Source: Nitrospiria bacterium
GTDB lineage: Bacteria > Nitrospirota > RBG-16-64-22
Length of the DNA stretch: 55,083 nt
Direction of reading: 5' to 3'
Assembly (NCBI GenBank): GCA_919903025.1
Contig: CAKKSE010000076.1
Span: 1 to 55,083, forward strand
Part shown: positions 47,205 to 55,083 of the stretch, piece by piece
Numbering within the stretch: the first letter of the stretch is position 1
How the letters are laid out: each line of letters opens with the position of its first letter
Translations under genes and position numbers: made by a program
The notes under the pieces: generated by a model
What the model saw: only the letters and a program-made list of their open reading frames with translations
Databases searched by the model: none
What the model was told of the DNA's origin: nothing

Positions 47205-48923
47205 ATGAACGCCGGTGACTGGATGACCACTCCACGCTTTATCAACCTTCTCAAGCCGAAATTCTGGTCCGTCATGAACCGGATCCGGCGGCGGGACAGG
47301 ACGACGATGGTTCGGATCGCCGTGGGGTCGATCCTCGCGCTCCTGTTCTGGCTGGGCGCGGCATCGATCACGACCCGCGTCCTCGTCCACTTCCGGAGCG
47401 CGGAGATCATCGGCGATCTCCTGGCGGCGAAGCTCCTCGCCATGTACTGGCTCCTCCTCCTCTCCGTCCTCCTGATGAGCGGGCTCATCACGGCGCTCTC
47501 GACGTATTTCCTGGCGGCCGATCTCCCCCTCCTCCTGGCCGCGCCGGTGTCCGTCTCCCGCCTGTTCTACGCCCGCCTCGTTGAGACGACGGCCCTCTCC
47601 TCGTGGATGGTTTTCCTGTTCGGCCTTCCCGTCCTGGTCACGTACGGCAGGGCCTACGGGGCCGGCCTGGACTACTATCTCGCGATGGTCCCGGTCTTCG
47701 GCTCCCTGATCCTGATCTCCGTGGGCCTGTCCGTCATCTTCGTCCAGCTCCTGATGCGGGTCTTCCCCGCGCGCCGGACCCGCGATGTCCTCATCCTTCT
47801 CTCGCTCGTCGGCGTCCTCATCCTGTACTTCCTTTTCCGGTTTCTCCGCCCCGAGCGCCTCGTCAACCCGGAAGCGTTCGCCACGCTCACGATCTTCGTC
47901 GCCGAGCTGGGCGCGCCCTCCTCGCCGTGGCTTCCTTCTGTCTGGGCGGCGGAGGCGCTCGTTCCGCTCCTCACCGGGAAGGAGGGGACGCCGTACTTCC
48001 ACCTCTCCCTCCTGGTCTCGACGGCCGCCGCCGTCGTCGTGATCGGCGAGACGCTGGCTCGGAAGGTGTACGCCGGAGGCGTCTCCAGGGCGCAGGAAGG
48101 AAGGCGAGTCCGGCTCTCCGGCTGGCCGATCGTCGACAAGCTCCTGGGGCGGATCGCGTTCGCCTTTCCGGGCGGGGTCGGTCTCGTTCTGGCCAAGGAC
48201 ATCCGGACGTTCTTCAGAGACACGCTCCAGTGGTCTCAGCTCCTCCTTCTCGCGGCGATCATCGTCGTCTACCTCTACAACTACATGGTTCTGCCGCTCG
48301 ACTGGATCGGGGCGGGGGGCGTCTGGCTCATGCACCTCATCGCCTTCCTGAACCTTGGCCTCGGGGGAGTGGTGACCGCCGCCGTGGCGTCGCGGTTCCT
48401 CTTTCCGGCCGTCAGCCAGGAAGGGCCCGCCTTCTGGATCCTGCGGGCGGCGCCCGTCTCCCTCTCGCGGATCGTCTGGGGCAAGTTCCTGGGAGGGCTG
48501 GTTCCGCTCGTGATCCTGGGAGAGATCCTGGCTGTGGCCTCGGGGATTCTTCTCAACGTGTCGACGGAGATGATCGTCTTGTCGGCCGCCACGATGGCGT
48601 TCCTGGCGTTCGCGATATCGGGGATGGCCGTGGGTCTCGGCGCCCGGTATCCGGACTTCCGGGCGGGCAGCATTGCGCACGTTCAGATGGGATATGGAGG
48701 AATGATCTTCATGCTCCTTTCGCTCGCCCTGATCGCGGTCGTCGTTTTCCTGCTGGCCTGGCCCACGTACCGCATCGTCCTGGCCGGCGAGGGATGGGTC
48801 CCCGTGGGGGCCGGCCCCGGCGCCCTCATCCTGCTGGTTTTCGGGGCGGCGGCCCTTATCTGCATCGGCGCCGGCGTTGTCTCAATGCGCCTCGGAATCA
48901 AGGCCTTGGCCGCGGGAGAGTAG
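47205..48923 (+). CDS. large polytopic membrane protein, putative ABC exporter permease
   Basis: ORF trimmed to the first ATG outside the repeat. About 572 aa with more than 10 predicted TM segments. Directly downstream of the ABC ATPase. Confidence 0.55.
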   Translation: MNAGDWMTTPRFINLLKPKFWSVMNRIRRRDRTTMVRIAVGSILALLFWLGAASITTRVLVHFRSAEIIGDLLAAKLLAMYWLLLLSVLLMSGLITALSTYFLAADLPLLLAAPVSVSRLFYARLVETTALSSWMVFLFGLPVLVTYGRAYGAGLDYYLAMVPVFGSLILISVGLSVIFVQLLMRVFPARRTRDVLILLSLVGVLILYFLFRFLRPERLVNPEAFATLTIFVAELGAPSSPWLPSVWAAEALVPLLTGKEGTPYFHLSLLVSTAAAVVVIGETLARKVYAGGVSRAQEGRRVRLSGWPIVDKLLGRIAFAFPGGVGLVLAKDIRTFFRDTLQWSQLLLLAAIIVVYLYNYMVLPLDWIGAGGVWLMHLIAFLNLGLGGVVTAAVASRFLFPAVSQEGPAFWILRAAPVSLSRIVWGKFLGGLVPLVILGEILAVASGILLNVSTEMIVLSAATMAFLAFAISGMAVGLGARYPDFRAGSIAHVQMGYGGMIFMLLSLALIAVVVFLLAWPTYRIVLAGEGWVPVGAGPGALILLVFGAAALICIGAGVVSMRLGIKALAAGE

Positions 48924-48999
48924 GGGATCCCCGCCGGGCCGCCCCCTACAATATCTGGGGCTCTATTTGACGGTTAGCCCATTCTGTAGCAGTTTTCCT

Positions 49000-49029
49000 T
49001 TGACATTGGTTTTTGCCATGTGATAGGTT
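49000..49029 (+). promoter_or_regulatory. possible sigma-70 promoter TTGACA-N18 spacer-TAGGTT upstream of smc (TGaTAGGTT extended -10, TG at 49021..49022)
   Basis: Read directly. Followed by a CCGCCGGG/CCCGGCGG hairpin at about 49070..49096 in the leader. Confidence 0.3.
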
Positions 49030-49120
49030 TCTCCCGGTTTTTCCGCCTGAAACGTTGTTTTACAAGAAGCCGCCGGGGACGACGATTCCCGGCGGTGTCT
49101 CAAACCCACCGGAGGGGTCC

Positions 49121-52100
49121 ATGCGCCTCGAAAAAGTCGACATCCAGGGTTTCAAGTCGTTCATGGACAGGACTCAGATCTCCTTCATGCCGGGCGTCAC
49201 GGCGATCGTCGGGCCGAACGGGTGCGGAAAGAGCAACATCACCGACGCCGTCCGGTGGGTCCTCGGAGAACAGAGCGCCAAGCACCTTCGCGGCGACAAG
49301 ATGGAGGACGTCATCTTCAACGGGAGCACGACGCGGAAGGCCACGGGAATGGCCGAGGTCTCCCTCATCTTTTCCGATCCCACGCGCGAGATCGTTTCCG
49401 ACCTGGGCAACTACGAGCAGATCCAGATCGCCCGCCGCCTGTACCGCTCGGGCGAGAGCGAGTACCTCCTCAACAAGGTCCCGTGCCGACTCAAGGACAT
49501 CCGGGAGGTCCTCATGGAGGGGGGCGTCGGGGCCCGGGGGTACGCCGTCATCGAGCAGGGGAAGGTCGAACAGCTCCTCAACGCCAAGCCGCAGGATAGG
49601 CGGTTCGTCGTGGAGGAGGTCGCGGGGATCACGAAGTACAAGGCGCGCAAGACGGAGGCGCTGAACAAGCTCGAGGCGACCCGCCAGAACCTGCTCCGCG
49701 TGAACGACATTATGACCGAGATCCGGCGGCAGATGGCTTCTCTCGAGCGCCAGGCGAAAAAGGCGGAGCGGTACCGCCGGTACCAGGACGAGATCCGCGG
49801 CCTGGACTTCCGCCTCGCGGCCGTCGAGTACGGCGAGTTGGGGCGCGACTGGACGGCCCTTCAGTGTGAGCTCAAATCGCTTCACGCCGACGAGGAGCGC
49901 CTCTTGACCGTCCTGGCCCAGGGGGAGTCGGCCGTGGAGGCCGCCCGCCTCGGGGTGATCGACCGGGAACGCGAGATCAAGGATGTCCAGAGGGGAATCT
50001 ACGAGACGGAGACGGCCATCCAGAAGCTCGAAGGCCGGATCGAGATCCTCGGAAACCAGTCCTCTTCCCTGGCCGATCACGCGAGCCGCCTTGAGGCGGA
50101 AGGGGTCAAGCGGGACGAAGCCGCCGGGCGAATCGCCGAGGAGACCCGGGCGAAGGGCGGGGAAAAAGCGAGCGTCGCCGCCGACCGGGCGACGGCGGAG
50201 GAAGAGGCGGGGGCGATCCGGGCGCGGTACGACGCCCTTCGACGGGAAGCGGAAGAGCGCCAGATGGAGATCGAGGCCGCCCGCCGGGCGATCGTCCAGG
50301 GCATTTCGGTCCTGACCGACGCGCGGAACCGGCTGGCCGGTCTGACGGAACGCGAGGACGCGCTCGGGCGAAGCGCGGAGAAAGGGAAGCGCGAGACGGC
50401 GGAAGCCACGGCTCACCTGGCCGGCCTGGAAGAGGCCTCGCGCCGCGTCGCCGCAAAGGTCGGCGAGTCCGACGCCCGAAAGGTCCGGGTCCTCGACTCC
50501 CTGGCCGCTCTCTCCCGCGGCATCGAGGAAATGAACGCCCAGTTGACCCAGGCCGAGGCCGGCGTCCGCGCGGCGAGCGAGGACTTGGCGGCACACCGTT
50601 CCCGCCTCGCGTCCCTGAAGGAGTTCAGCGTCCGCTACGAAGGATACCGGGAGGCGGTCCGCGATCTCCTCACGTCGGAGGACGGGTCCCACATTCGTCC
50701 GTCGCTTCGCGGGGTCGTGGCCGATCTGATCGAAACGGAACCGCGCTACGAAGCGGCCGTCGAGGCGGCCCTGGGAAGCAGAATCCAGTTCTTGGTCGTC
50801 GATGATCCCCAGGCGGCCCGCTCAGCCGTCGAATACCTCAAAGGGAAGAGCGTCGGCCGGGGAACGTTCATCCCCCGCGTCCCGCGCGGAAGCGGTCCGT
50901 CCGCCGCCGTTCCGGGAGACGCCGCGCTCGGGTCCCTTCTCTCGTTCGTCCGATATTCGCCCGAAGACGCGGACGTCGTCCGCTTCCTTCTGGACCGGTT
51001 TGTCGTCGTCCCCGACCTCGATTCCGCCGAACGGTTCCACAAAGCTCATGCCGCGTCCCTGAACGGGAGCGCGCCCACGATCGTGACGCTCGACGGGGAG
51101 GTCTGGGAGCCGTCGGGGATCGTGACCGGCGGCGGACCGGACGGAGGATCGACCGGTCTGCTGGCCAGAAAGAGGGAGATCCGGGAGATTGAAGAAGACG
51201 TCGCGCGCCGGGAGGACGAAGTCCATTCGCTCGAGCGGGAACGAGACGCCCTGCGCGAGCGGCTGGCCGGGATGCAGGAGAGGCGGAAGGAGCTCGAAGG
51301 CGAGAGCCGTGAGGCCGATCTGGGACTGGCCCAGGCGACGCACGAGCGGGAAACCGTTGTTCGCGACGCCGCGCGGGCCCGCGAGAGGCTCGATCTTCTT
51401 CTCGCCGAGGCCCAGGAGCGGGAGGCCGAACGCTCGGAGATTCTCCGCGAGCGGGAAGGTCTCTCGGAAAAGGCGGCGCTTATGACCCGACAGCAGGAGG
51501 AGCGCGAGGCGGCCCTGGGCGCGGCCATGGAAGACGACAACCGGCGCCGGGCTCAGTTGGAGGTCTTGTCGGCGGACGTGACGATCATCGAGGTCCGCCT
51601 GGGGACTCTCAGGGAGCGCGTCGAGGGACTGGACCGAGACATCGCCCGGCTCGAGGAAGCCCGCACGGAGGCATCGAAAGCCGCGGCAAGCCACCGCGAG
51701 GAGGCGCGCGCCCGGCTGGCGGAGCGGGAGAAGGTCCTGGCGGAGACCGAAGAGACCCGGCGTCTCCTGGCGGATTCCATCCGGACCAGGGAGGAAGGAC
51801 GCTCACGATTCGTGGAGCTTCAGGAAAGCCTGAACGTCCAGGCGGAGGAACTGACCCGGATCGAAGAGACCCTCCGGAGCGACCGGCTCGCCTACGATGA
51901 TGTCCGCGAACAGCGTTCGAGCGGCGAGATCAGGAAGGCCGACCTCAGGGGTAAGCTGGACCACCTTGGTGAGAGGATTCGGGAGCTGTATCAGGCCGAG
52001 ATCGAGACGATCGTGAAAGACCTCGGCGAATTCGAGATCGATCTTGAAGCATCCCGGACGAGGCGGGACGATCTCCGCGACAAGCTCGCCGGGATGGGAG

Positions 52101-52708
52101 CGGTCAACCTCGCCGCGTTCGAGGAGCACAGGGAGCTCGTCGAGCGGGACGCGTTCCTGACGAAACAGCACGCCGACCTCACGGAGGCGGTGGCGGCCCT
52201 CCAGGAGACGATCGCGAAGATCAACCAGACGACCGAGGAGCTTTTCTACGAGGCGTTCAACGCCATCAACGCGAAGTTCCAGGAGGTCTTCGGGGTTCTC
52301 TTCGAGGGAGGACGGGCCGAGCTCGTCCTGGTGGAGGACGGGGATATGCTCGACGGAGGGATCGAAATCGCGGCCCAGCCCGCGGGGAAGAAGCTCCAGA
52401 ACATCCATCTCTTCTCCGGCGGCGAGAAGGCGCTCACGGCGATCGCCCTCCTCTTCGCATGCTTCCTCATCAAGCCGACGCCGTTCTGCATCCTGGACGA
52501 GGTTGACGCGCCGCTCGACGACCAGAACGTCGGGCGGTTCGCCCGCCTGGTCCGGTCCCTCTCCGACCGGACGCAGTTCATCGTCGTGACGCACAACAAG
52601 CAGACGATGGAGGCGTCGGACGCCCTCTACGGCGTCACGATGAACGAGCCGGGCGTCACGTCGCTGTTGGCCCTGCATCTCAAGTCCCCCACGGCCCAGG
52701 CGGCGTGA
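49121..52708 (+). CDS. smc: chromosome segregation protein SMC
   Basis: ORF trimmed to [14 protein letters not shown], with GGAGGGG upstream. Walker [10 protein letters not shown], long coiled coils with a central hinge, signature [12 protein letters not shown], Walker [13 protein letters not shown]. Confidence 0.9.
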   Translation: MRLEKVDIQGFKSFMDRTQISFMPGVTAIVGPNGCGKSNITDAVRWVLGEQSAKHLRGDKMEDVIFNGSTTRKATGMAEVSLIFSDPTREIVSDLGNYEQIQIARRLYRSGESEYLLNKVPCRLKDIREVLMEGGVGARGYAVIEQGKVEQLLNAKPQDRRFVVEEVAGITKYKARKTEALNKLEATRQNLLRVNDIMTEIRRQMASLERQAKKAERYRRYQDEIRGLDFRLAAVEYGELGRDWTALQCELKSLHADEERLLTVLAQGESAVEAARLGVIDREREIKDVQRGIYETETAIQKLEGRIEILGNQSSSLADHASRLEAEGVKRDEAAGRIAEETRAKGGEKASVAADRATAEEEAGAIRARYDALRREAEERQMEIEAARRAIVQGISVLTDARNRLAGLTEREDALGRSAEKGKRETAEATAHLAGLEEASRRVAAKVGESDARKVRVLDSLAALSRGIEEMNAQLTQAEAGVRAASEDLAAHRSRLASLKEFSVRYEGYREAVRDLLTSEDGSHIRPSLRGVVADLIETEPRYEAAVEAALGSRIQFLVVDDPQAARSAVEYLKGKSVGRGTFIPRVPRGSGPSAAVPGDAALGSLLSFVRYSPEDADVVRFLLDRFVVVPDLDSAERFHKAHAASLNGSAPTIVTLDGEVWEPSGIVTGGGPDGGSTGLLARKREIREIEEDVARREDEVHSLERERDALRERLAGMQERRKELEGESREADLGLAQATHERETVVRDAARARERLDLLLAEAQEREAERSEILREREGLSEKAALMTRQQEEREAALGAAMEDDNRRRAQLEVLSADVTIIEVRLGTLRERVEGLDRDIARLEEARTEASKAAASHREEARARLAEREKVLAETEETRRLLADSIRTREEGRSRFVELQESLNVQAEELTRIEETLRSDRLAYDDVREQRSSGEIRKADLRGKLDHLGERIRELYQAEIETIVKDLGEFEIDLEASRTRRDDLRDKLAGMGAVNLAAFEEHRELVERDAFLTKQHADLTEAVAALQETIAKINQTTEELFYEAFNAINAKFQEVFGVLFEGGRAELVLVEDGDMLDGGIEIAAQPAGKKLQNIHLFSGGEKALTAIALLFACFLIKPTPFCILDEVDAPLDDQNVGRFARLVRSLSDRTQFIVVTHNKQTMEASDALYGVTMNEPGVTSLLALHLKSPTAQAA

Positions 52709-52861
52709 GAGCGCGGTGGATGGGTGATTCGGACCTTTCCTCGCATCATGACTTGTCTATTTGGGAAAAGACCTCCAACCGAACGCTTGCGTAAGGAGGT
52801 CTCATGCGAGTGGATACTCCGTGTCCTCCTGAAAAGATCGTTCGGATACAGGTGAACTGCG

Positions 52862-53488
52862 ATGGCAAATCCAGCAAGGGCCAGATTCGTTGAAGACCTG
52901 ACCAAACGGTTTGGAGTTGTTCGCAAGCTGGAGAATAGCGAGTCGCTCTTCGCGATCGGCGACGACAAGGCGAGGCTCTACTTTCGGTACTCCAAGAAAC
53001 ATCCCAGGAATAGGACGTTTTTCGGCCTACGCAAGATTGATCTCCAAGCCCTTGAGGGTCACAGGGGCATTCTGTGTTTCTTCTGGGAAGGGCAACCAGA
53101 GCCGCTGTTCATTCCCTTTGAGGAATTCGAACAGGTGTTTGCCGGCTTGAGTCCTGCCAGCGATGGACAATACAAGGTTCAGGTCTATGAGCAGGAGGGC
53201 GGGACAGAACTGTATATCGCCAATGCCGGCAGATTCAACGTGGAAAGCTATTTTAGTTGGGGTCACCTCGGATCTTTGCTGGAGATCTCAGGAAGTGCAT
53301 GCCCGGAGTTGTCACACGTACAGGTGCAGACACTTCTTGGTGGTGTTGGCGCGGCAAAGGGTTTCGATATATGGATCCCTCCAAGTGACAGAGCCAAGCT
53401 CGATTGGGAAGTGAGCCCTACTTTTCCGGTGTCGAAATCCCTTCCACCAATACTTATGCAGATCAAAATGAAATTATCTCATGGATAA
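52862..53488 (+). CDS. hypothetical protein (208 aa), first gene of the low-GC island
   Basis: AGGTGA SD. Its 8-nt overlap (ATGGATAA) with the next gene suggests co-transcription. The C-terminal stretch LSHVQVQTLLGGVGAAKGFDIWIPPSDRAKL resembles the start of a nuclease-type domain, which then ends abruptly. Confidence 0.4.
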   Translation: MANPARARFVEDLTKRFGVVRKLENSESLFAIGDDKARLYFRYSKKHPRNRTFFGLRKIDLQALEGHRGILCFFWEGQPEPLFIPFEEFEQVFAGLSPASDGQYKVQVYEQEGGTELYIANAGRFNVESYFSWGHLGSLLEISGSACPELSHVQVQTLLGGVGAAKGFDIWIPPSDRAKLDWEVSPTFPVSKSLPPILMQIKMKLSHG

Positions 53489-53687
53489 ACTTTACACAAC
53501 CGAAAGCGCTGCGGAGTATCTTCGTGTGACGCCGGCAAGAGTGCGCCAGTTGATTATTGCCGGGCGGATCAAGTCGGAAAAGTACGGCCGGGACCATCTC
53601 ATTTTCGAAAGCGAGTTAAAGCAATACGCAGCCAGCGGAAAGAAAAAGGCGGGGAGGCCCCCCCAAAATAGCTTGCGCTTGCGTTAG
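53481..53687 (+). CDS. small helix-turn-helix DNA-binding protein (excisionase/MerR-like HTH)
   Basis: 68 aa with [26 protein letters not shown] typical of that HTH class. Lies immediately upstream of the methyltransferase. Confidence 0.6.
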   Translation: MDKLYTTESAAEYLRVTPARVRQLIIAGRIKSEKYGRDHLIFESELKQYAASGKKKAGRPPQNSLRLR

Positions 53688-53701
53688 TAATATTGTATAA
53701 T
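53673..53701 (+). promoter_or_regulatory. sigma-70 promoter TTGCGC-N17-(TG)TATAAT predicting a leaderless methyltransferase mRNA
   Basis: Consensus extended -10 TGTATAAT. Six nt separate the -10 element from the A of the ATG at 53708, and there is no SD. Confidence 0.5.
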
Positions 53702-53707
53702 TTTTCT

Positions 53708-54616
53708 ATGAAAACGAAACGAAAATCACCGGCCGGCAGGGCAACTACGGAACTCGTGCTTTCCTCGTATCTCGGTGACAACAGCGAGGTCTTTCCGCAT
53801 GTGCTGCGGCTGCACGTTCCCGCAGGCGCAAAAGTGGCCGACGTTACCTACGGCAAGGGCGTATTTTGGAAGAACATCCCTGCGGATGAATACAAGTTGC
53901 TGCCGTCTGATTTAAAGTCCGGGGTTGATTGCCGCCATCTACCCTATGGCGACGGGGAGCTTGATTGTGTTGTTCTCGACCCGCCTTATATGGAAGGCCT
54001 GTTCCGAAGCGATAATTCATTTGCCGGGAACGGGACGCATTCTTCGTTCCGGGACCATTACTCGAACGGCGACAGGCCGTCCGCGTTAAGTAACAAGTGG
54101 CACGATGCGGTGCTCGAACTTTACGTAAGGGCGGCCATCGAGGCAAAGCGGGTGCTCAAGCGTAACGGAGTATTGATCGTGAAGTGCCAGGATGAAGTAA
54201 GCGCGGGCATCCAACGTATGTCACATGTTGAGATCATCCTGAATCTCATGCGCTTGGGGTTCTATGCCAAAGACATTTTCGTTATGATGAGGCGGAACAA
54301 ACCGGGCGTTACGAGGATTATCAAGCAGTTGCACGCGCGGAAAAACCACTCGTACTTCTTAGTCTTCCAACTCGGCGCGGCAAAGTCCAAACTGAACTCA
54401 ATCAACATTATGCGCGATTTAACAGACGTTCGAGAAGGGGAATTGGGCTTGCAATATACGGAGGCTGCAAAGGCCAGGACACCGGCATTAATGTTGCGAG
54501 AAGCTTCCGCCGAATGGCGGGAGGGTAGTTCCGGAAAGTGCTGCGCGGGAGGTCGTCGTTCAACGCAAAAGCGAAGTTCCACTTCTCCTCGAAAGCGAAA
54601 AGGTTCACCGCGATGA
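53708..54616 (+). CDS. DNA methyltransferase (DPPY motif; N6-adenine or N4-cytosine)
   Basis: Motif I-like [12 protein letters not shown] followed about 50 aa later by motif IV VVLDPPY. Conserved end HSYFLVFQ. The last 70-80 aa are Arg/Ser/Lys-rich and antisense to the convergent nuclease gene, so the true end is uncertain. Confidence 0.6.
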   Translation: MKTKRKSPAGRATTELVLSSYLGDNSEVFPHVLRLHVPAGAKVADVTYGKGVFWKNIPADEYKLLPSDLKSGVDCRHLPYGDGELDCVVLDPPYMEGLFRSDNSFAGNGTHSSFRDHYSNGDRPSALSNKWHDAVLELYVRAAIEAKRVLKRNGVLIVKCQDEVSAGIQRMSHVEIILNLMRLGFYAKDIFVMMRRNKPGVTRIIKQLHARKNHSYFLVFQLGAAKSKLNSINIMRDLTDVREGELGLQYTEAAKARTPALMLREASAEWREGSSGKCCAGGRRSTQKRSSTSPRKRKGSPR

Positions 54617-55007
54617 TGTCGAATTCTCCGACGAGCAGGCAGGTGGTCTCAACCATCTTGCTCCCGACCTTGATCTTGCGCCGATCACTCGCGTCGCATT
54701 GATACTTGCCGGTGTATCCGGCTTCCGTCGTTTTGATGCTGTTCGTCTGGAGGGATTTGCACTCTATCGTGAAGTCTTTGCCCTTATACGTGACGATGAG
54801 ATCGCCTTTTCGGCTTCGGTCATGGTCGTCGGCCTTGTGGATATTCTCGTAAGGAGGACCGGCAAAGTGCATCTTCCTCAGTTTGTATTCCGCGATATAG
54901 CCGAGCATCAGGCCGCGCATGCTTGGGTTCTGTTGGATGATCTCGGTAAGCTCCTGCTCCGTCAGATCCCACCGTTTCAATATACTTTCACGTTGCTCCG
55001 GGGACAT
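54408..55007 (-). CDS. PD-(D/E)XK restriction-endonuclease-like protein
   Basis: 199 aa with GAGAGGA SD. Candidate catalytic residues in [14 protein letters not shown] and TIECKSL (D...E-x-K). Confidence 0.55.
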   Translation of the reverse strand: MSPEQRESILKRWDLTEQELTEIIQQNPSMRGLMLGYIAEYKLRKMHFAGPPYENIHKADDHDRSRKGDLIVTYKGKDFTIECKSLQTNSIKTTEAGYTGKYQCDASDRRKIKVGSKMVETTCLLVGEFDIIAVNLFAFEEKWNFAFALNDDLPRSTFRNYPPAIRRKLLATLMPVSWPLQPPYIASPIPLLERLLNRA

Positions 55008-55083
55008 ACATTCCTCTCGTAATTGTTACCAGGCTTGTCCAAATTAGGTTTTCAAACAGTTGAGCCTCCTTTGGGATTGTGGT

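Overview
A 55-kb, high-GC (about 65%) bacterial chromosomal segment. I cannot assign a taxon from sequence alone; the repeat content suggests an uncultivated soil or sediment lineage. All protein calls come from motifs read by eye in the supplied translations; no database was searched.

Gene content, left to right:
- An outer-membrane barrel protein and a PhoD-like phosphatase.
- A decayed type III-like restriction-modification locus. The res gene lacks helicase motif I. The mod gene carries an in-frame TAG plus a frameshift at a REP-like insertion. Two intact unknown genes sit between them.
- A vapBC toxin-antitoxin pair.
- An arginine/proline catabolic cluster: proline dehydrogenase, carbamate kinase, COG2403-type P-loop protein, class-III aminotransferase, aldehyde dehydrogenase.
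- A histidine kinase and NtrC-type regulator, followed by a sigma-54 promoter and a receiver-only gene.
- moaB, uspA, an IclR regulator, a candidate 6S RNA upstream of 5-formyl-THF cyclo-ligase, folD, panB and glgB.
- A nuo operon with the order nuoA-E-F-H-J-K-L-M-N, lacking nuoBCD, nuoG and nuoI.
- A four-gene module of two multihaem cytochromes c, a Tat-exported 4x[4Fe-4S] protein and an NrfD-type membrane subunit.
- nupC, then an operon of macro-domain, unknown, transglutaminase-like and ABC transporter genes, then smc.
- A low-GC island after smc carrying an HTH gene, a DNA methyltransferase and a PD-(D/E)XK nuclease.

Most unusual non-genic signals:
- A dispersed family of 7- and 8-nt tandem repeats sits exactly in gene junctions. 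Several arrays contain the flanking stop or start codon, and many place stop codons in all three frames.
- GC-rich REP-like hairpins carry G-tract tails that match the G-quadruplex motif.

No rRNA, tRNA or CRISPR array was recognised.
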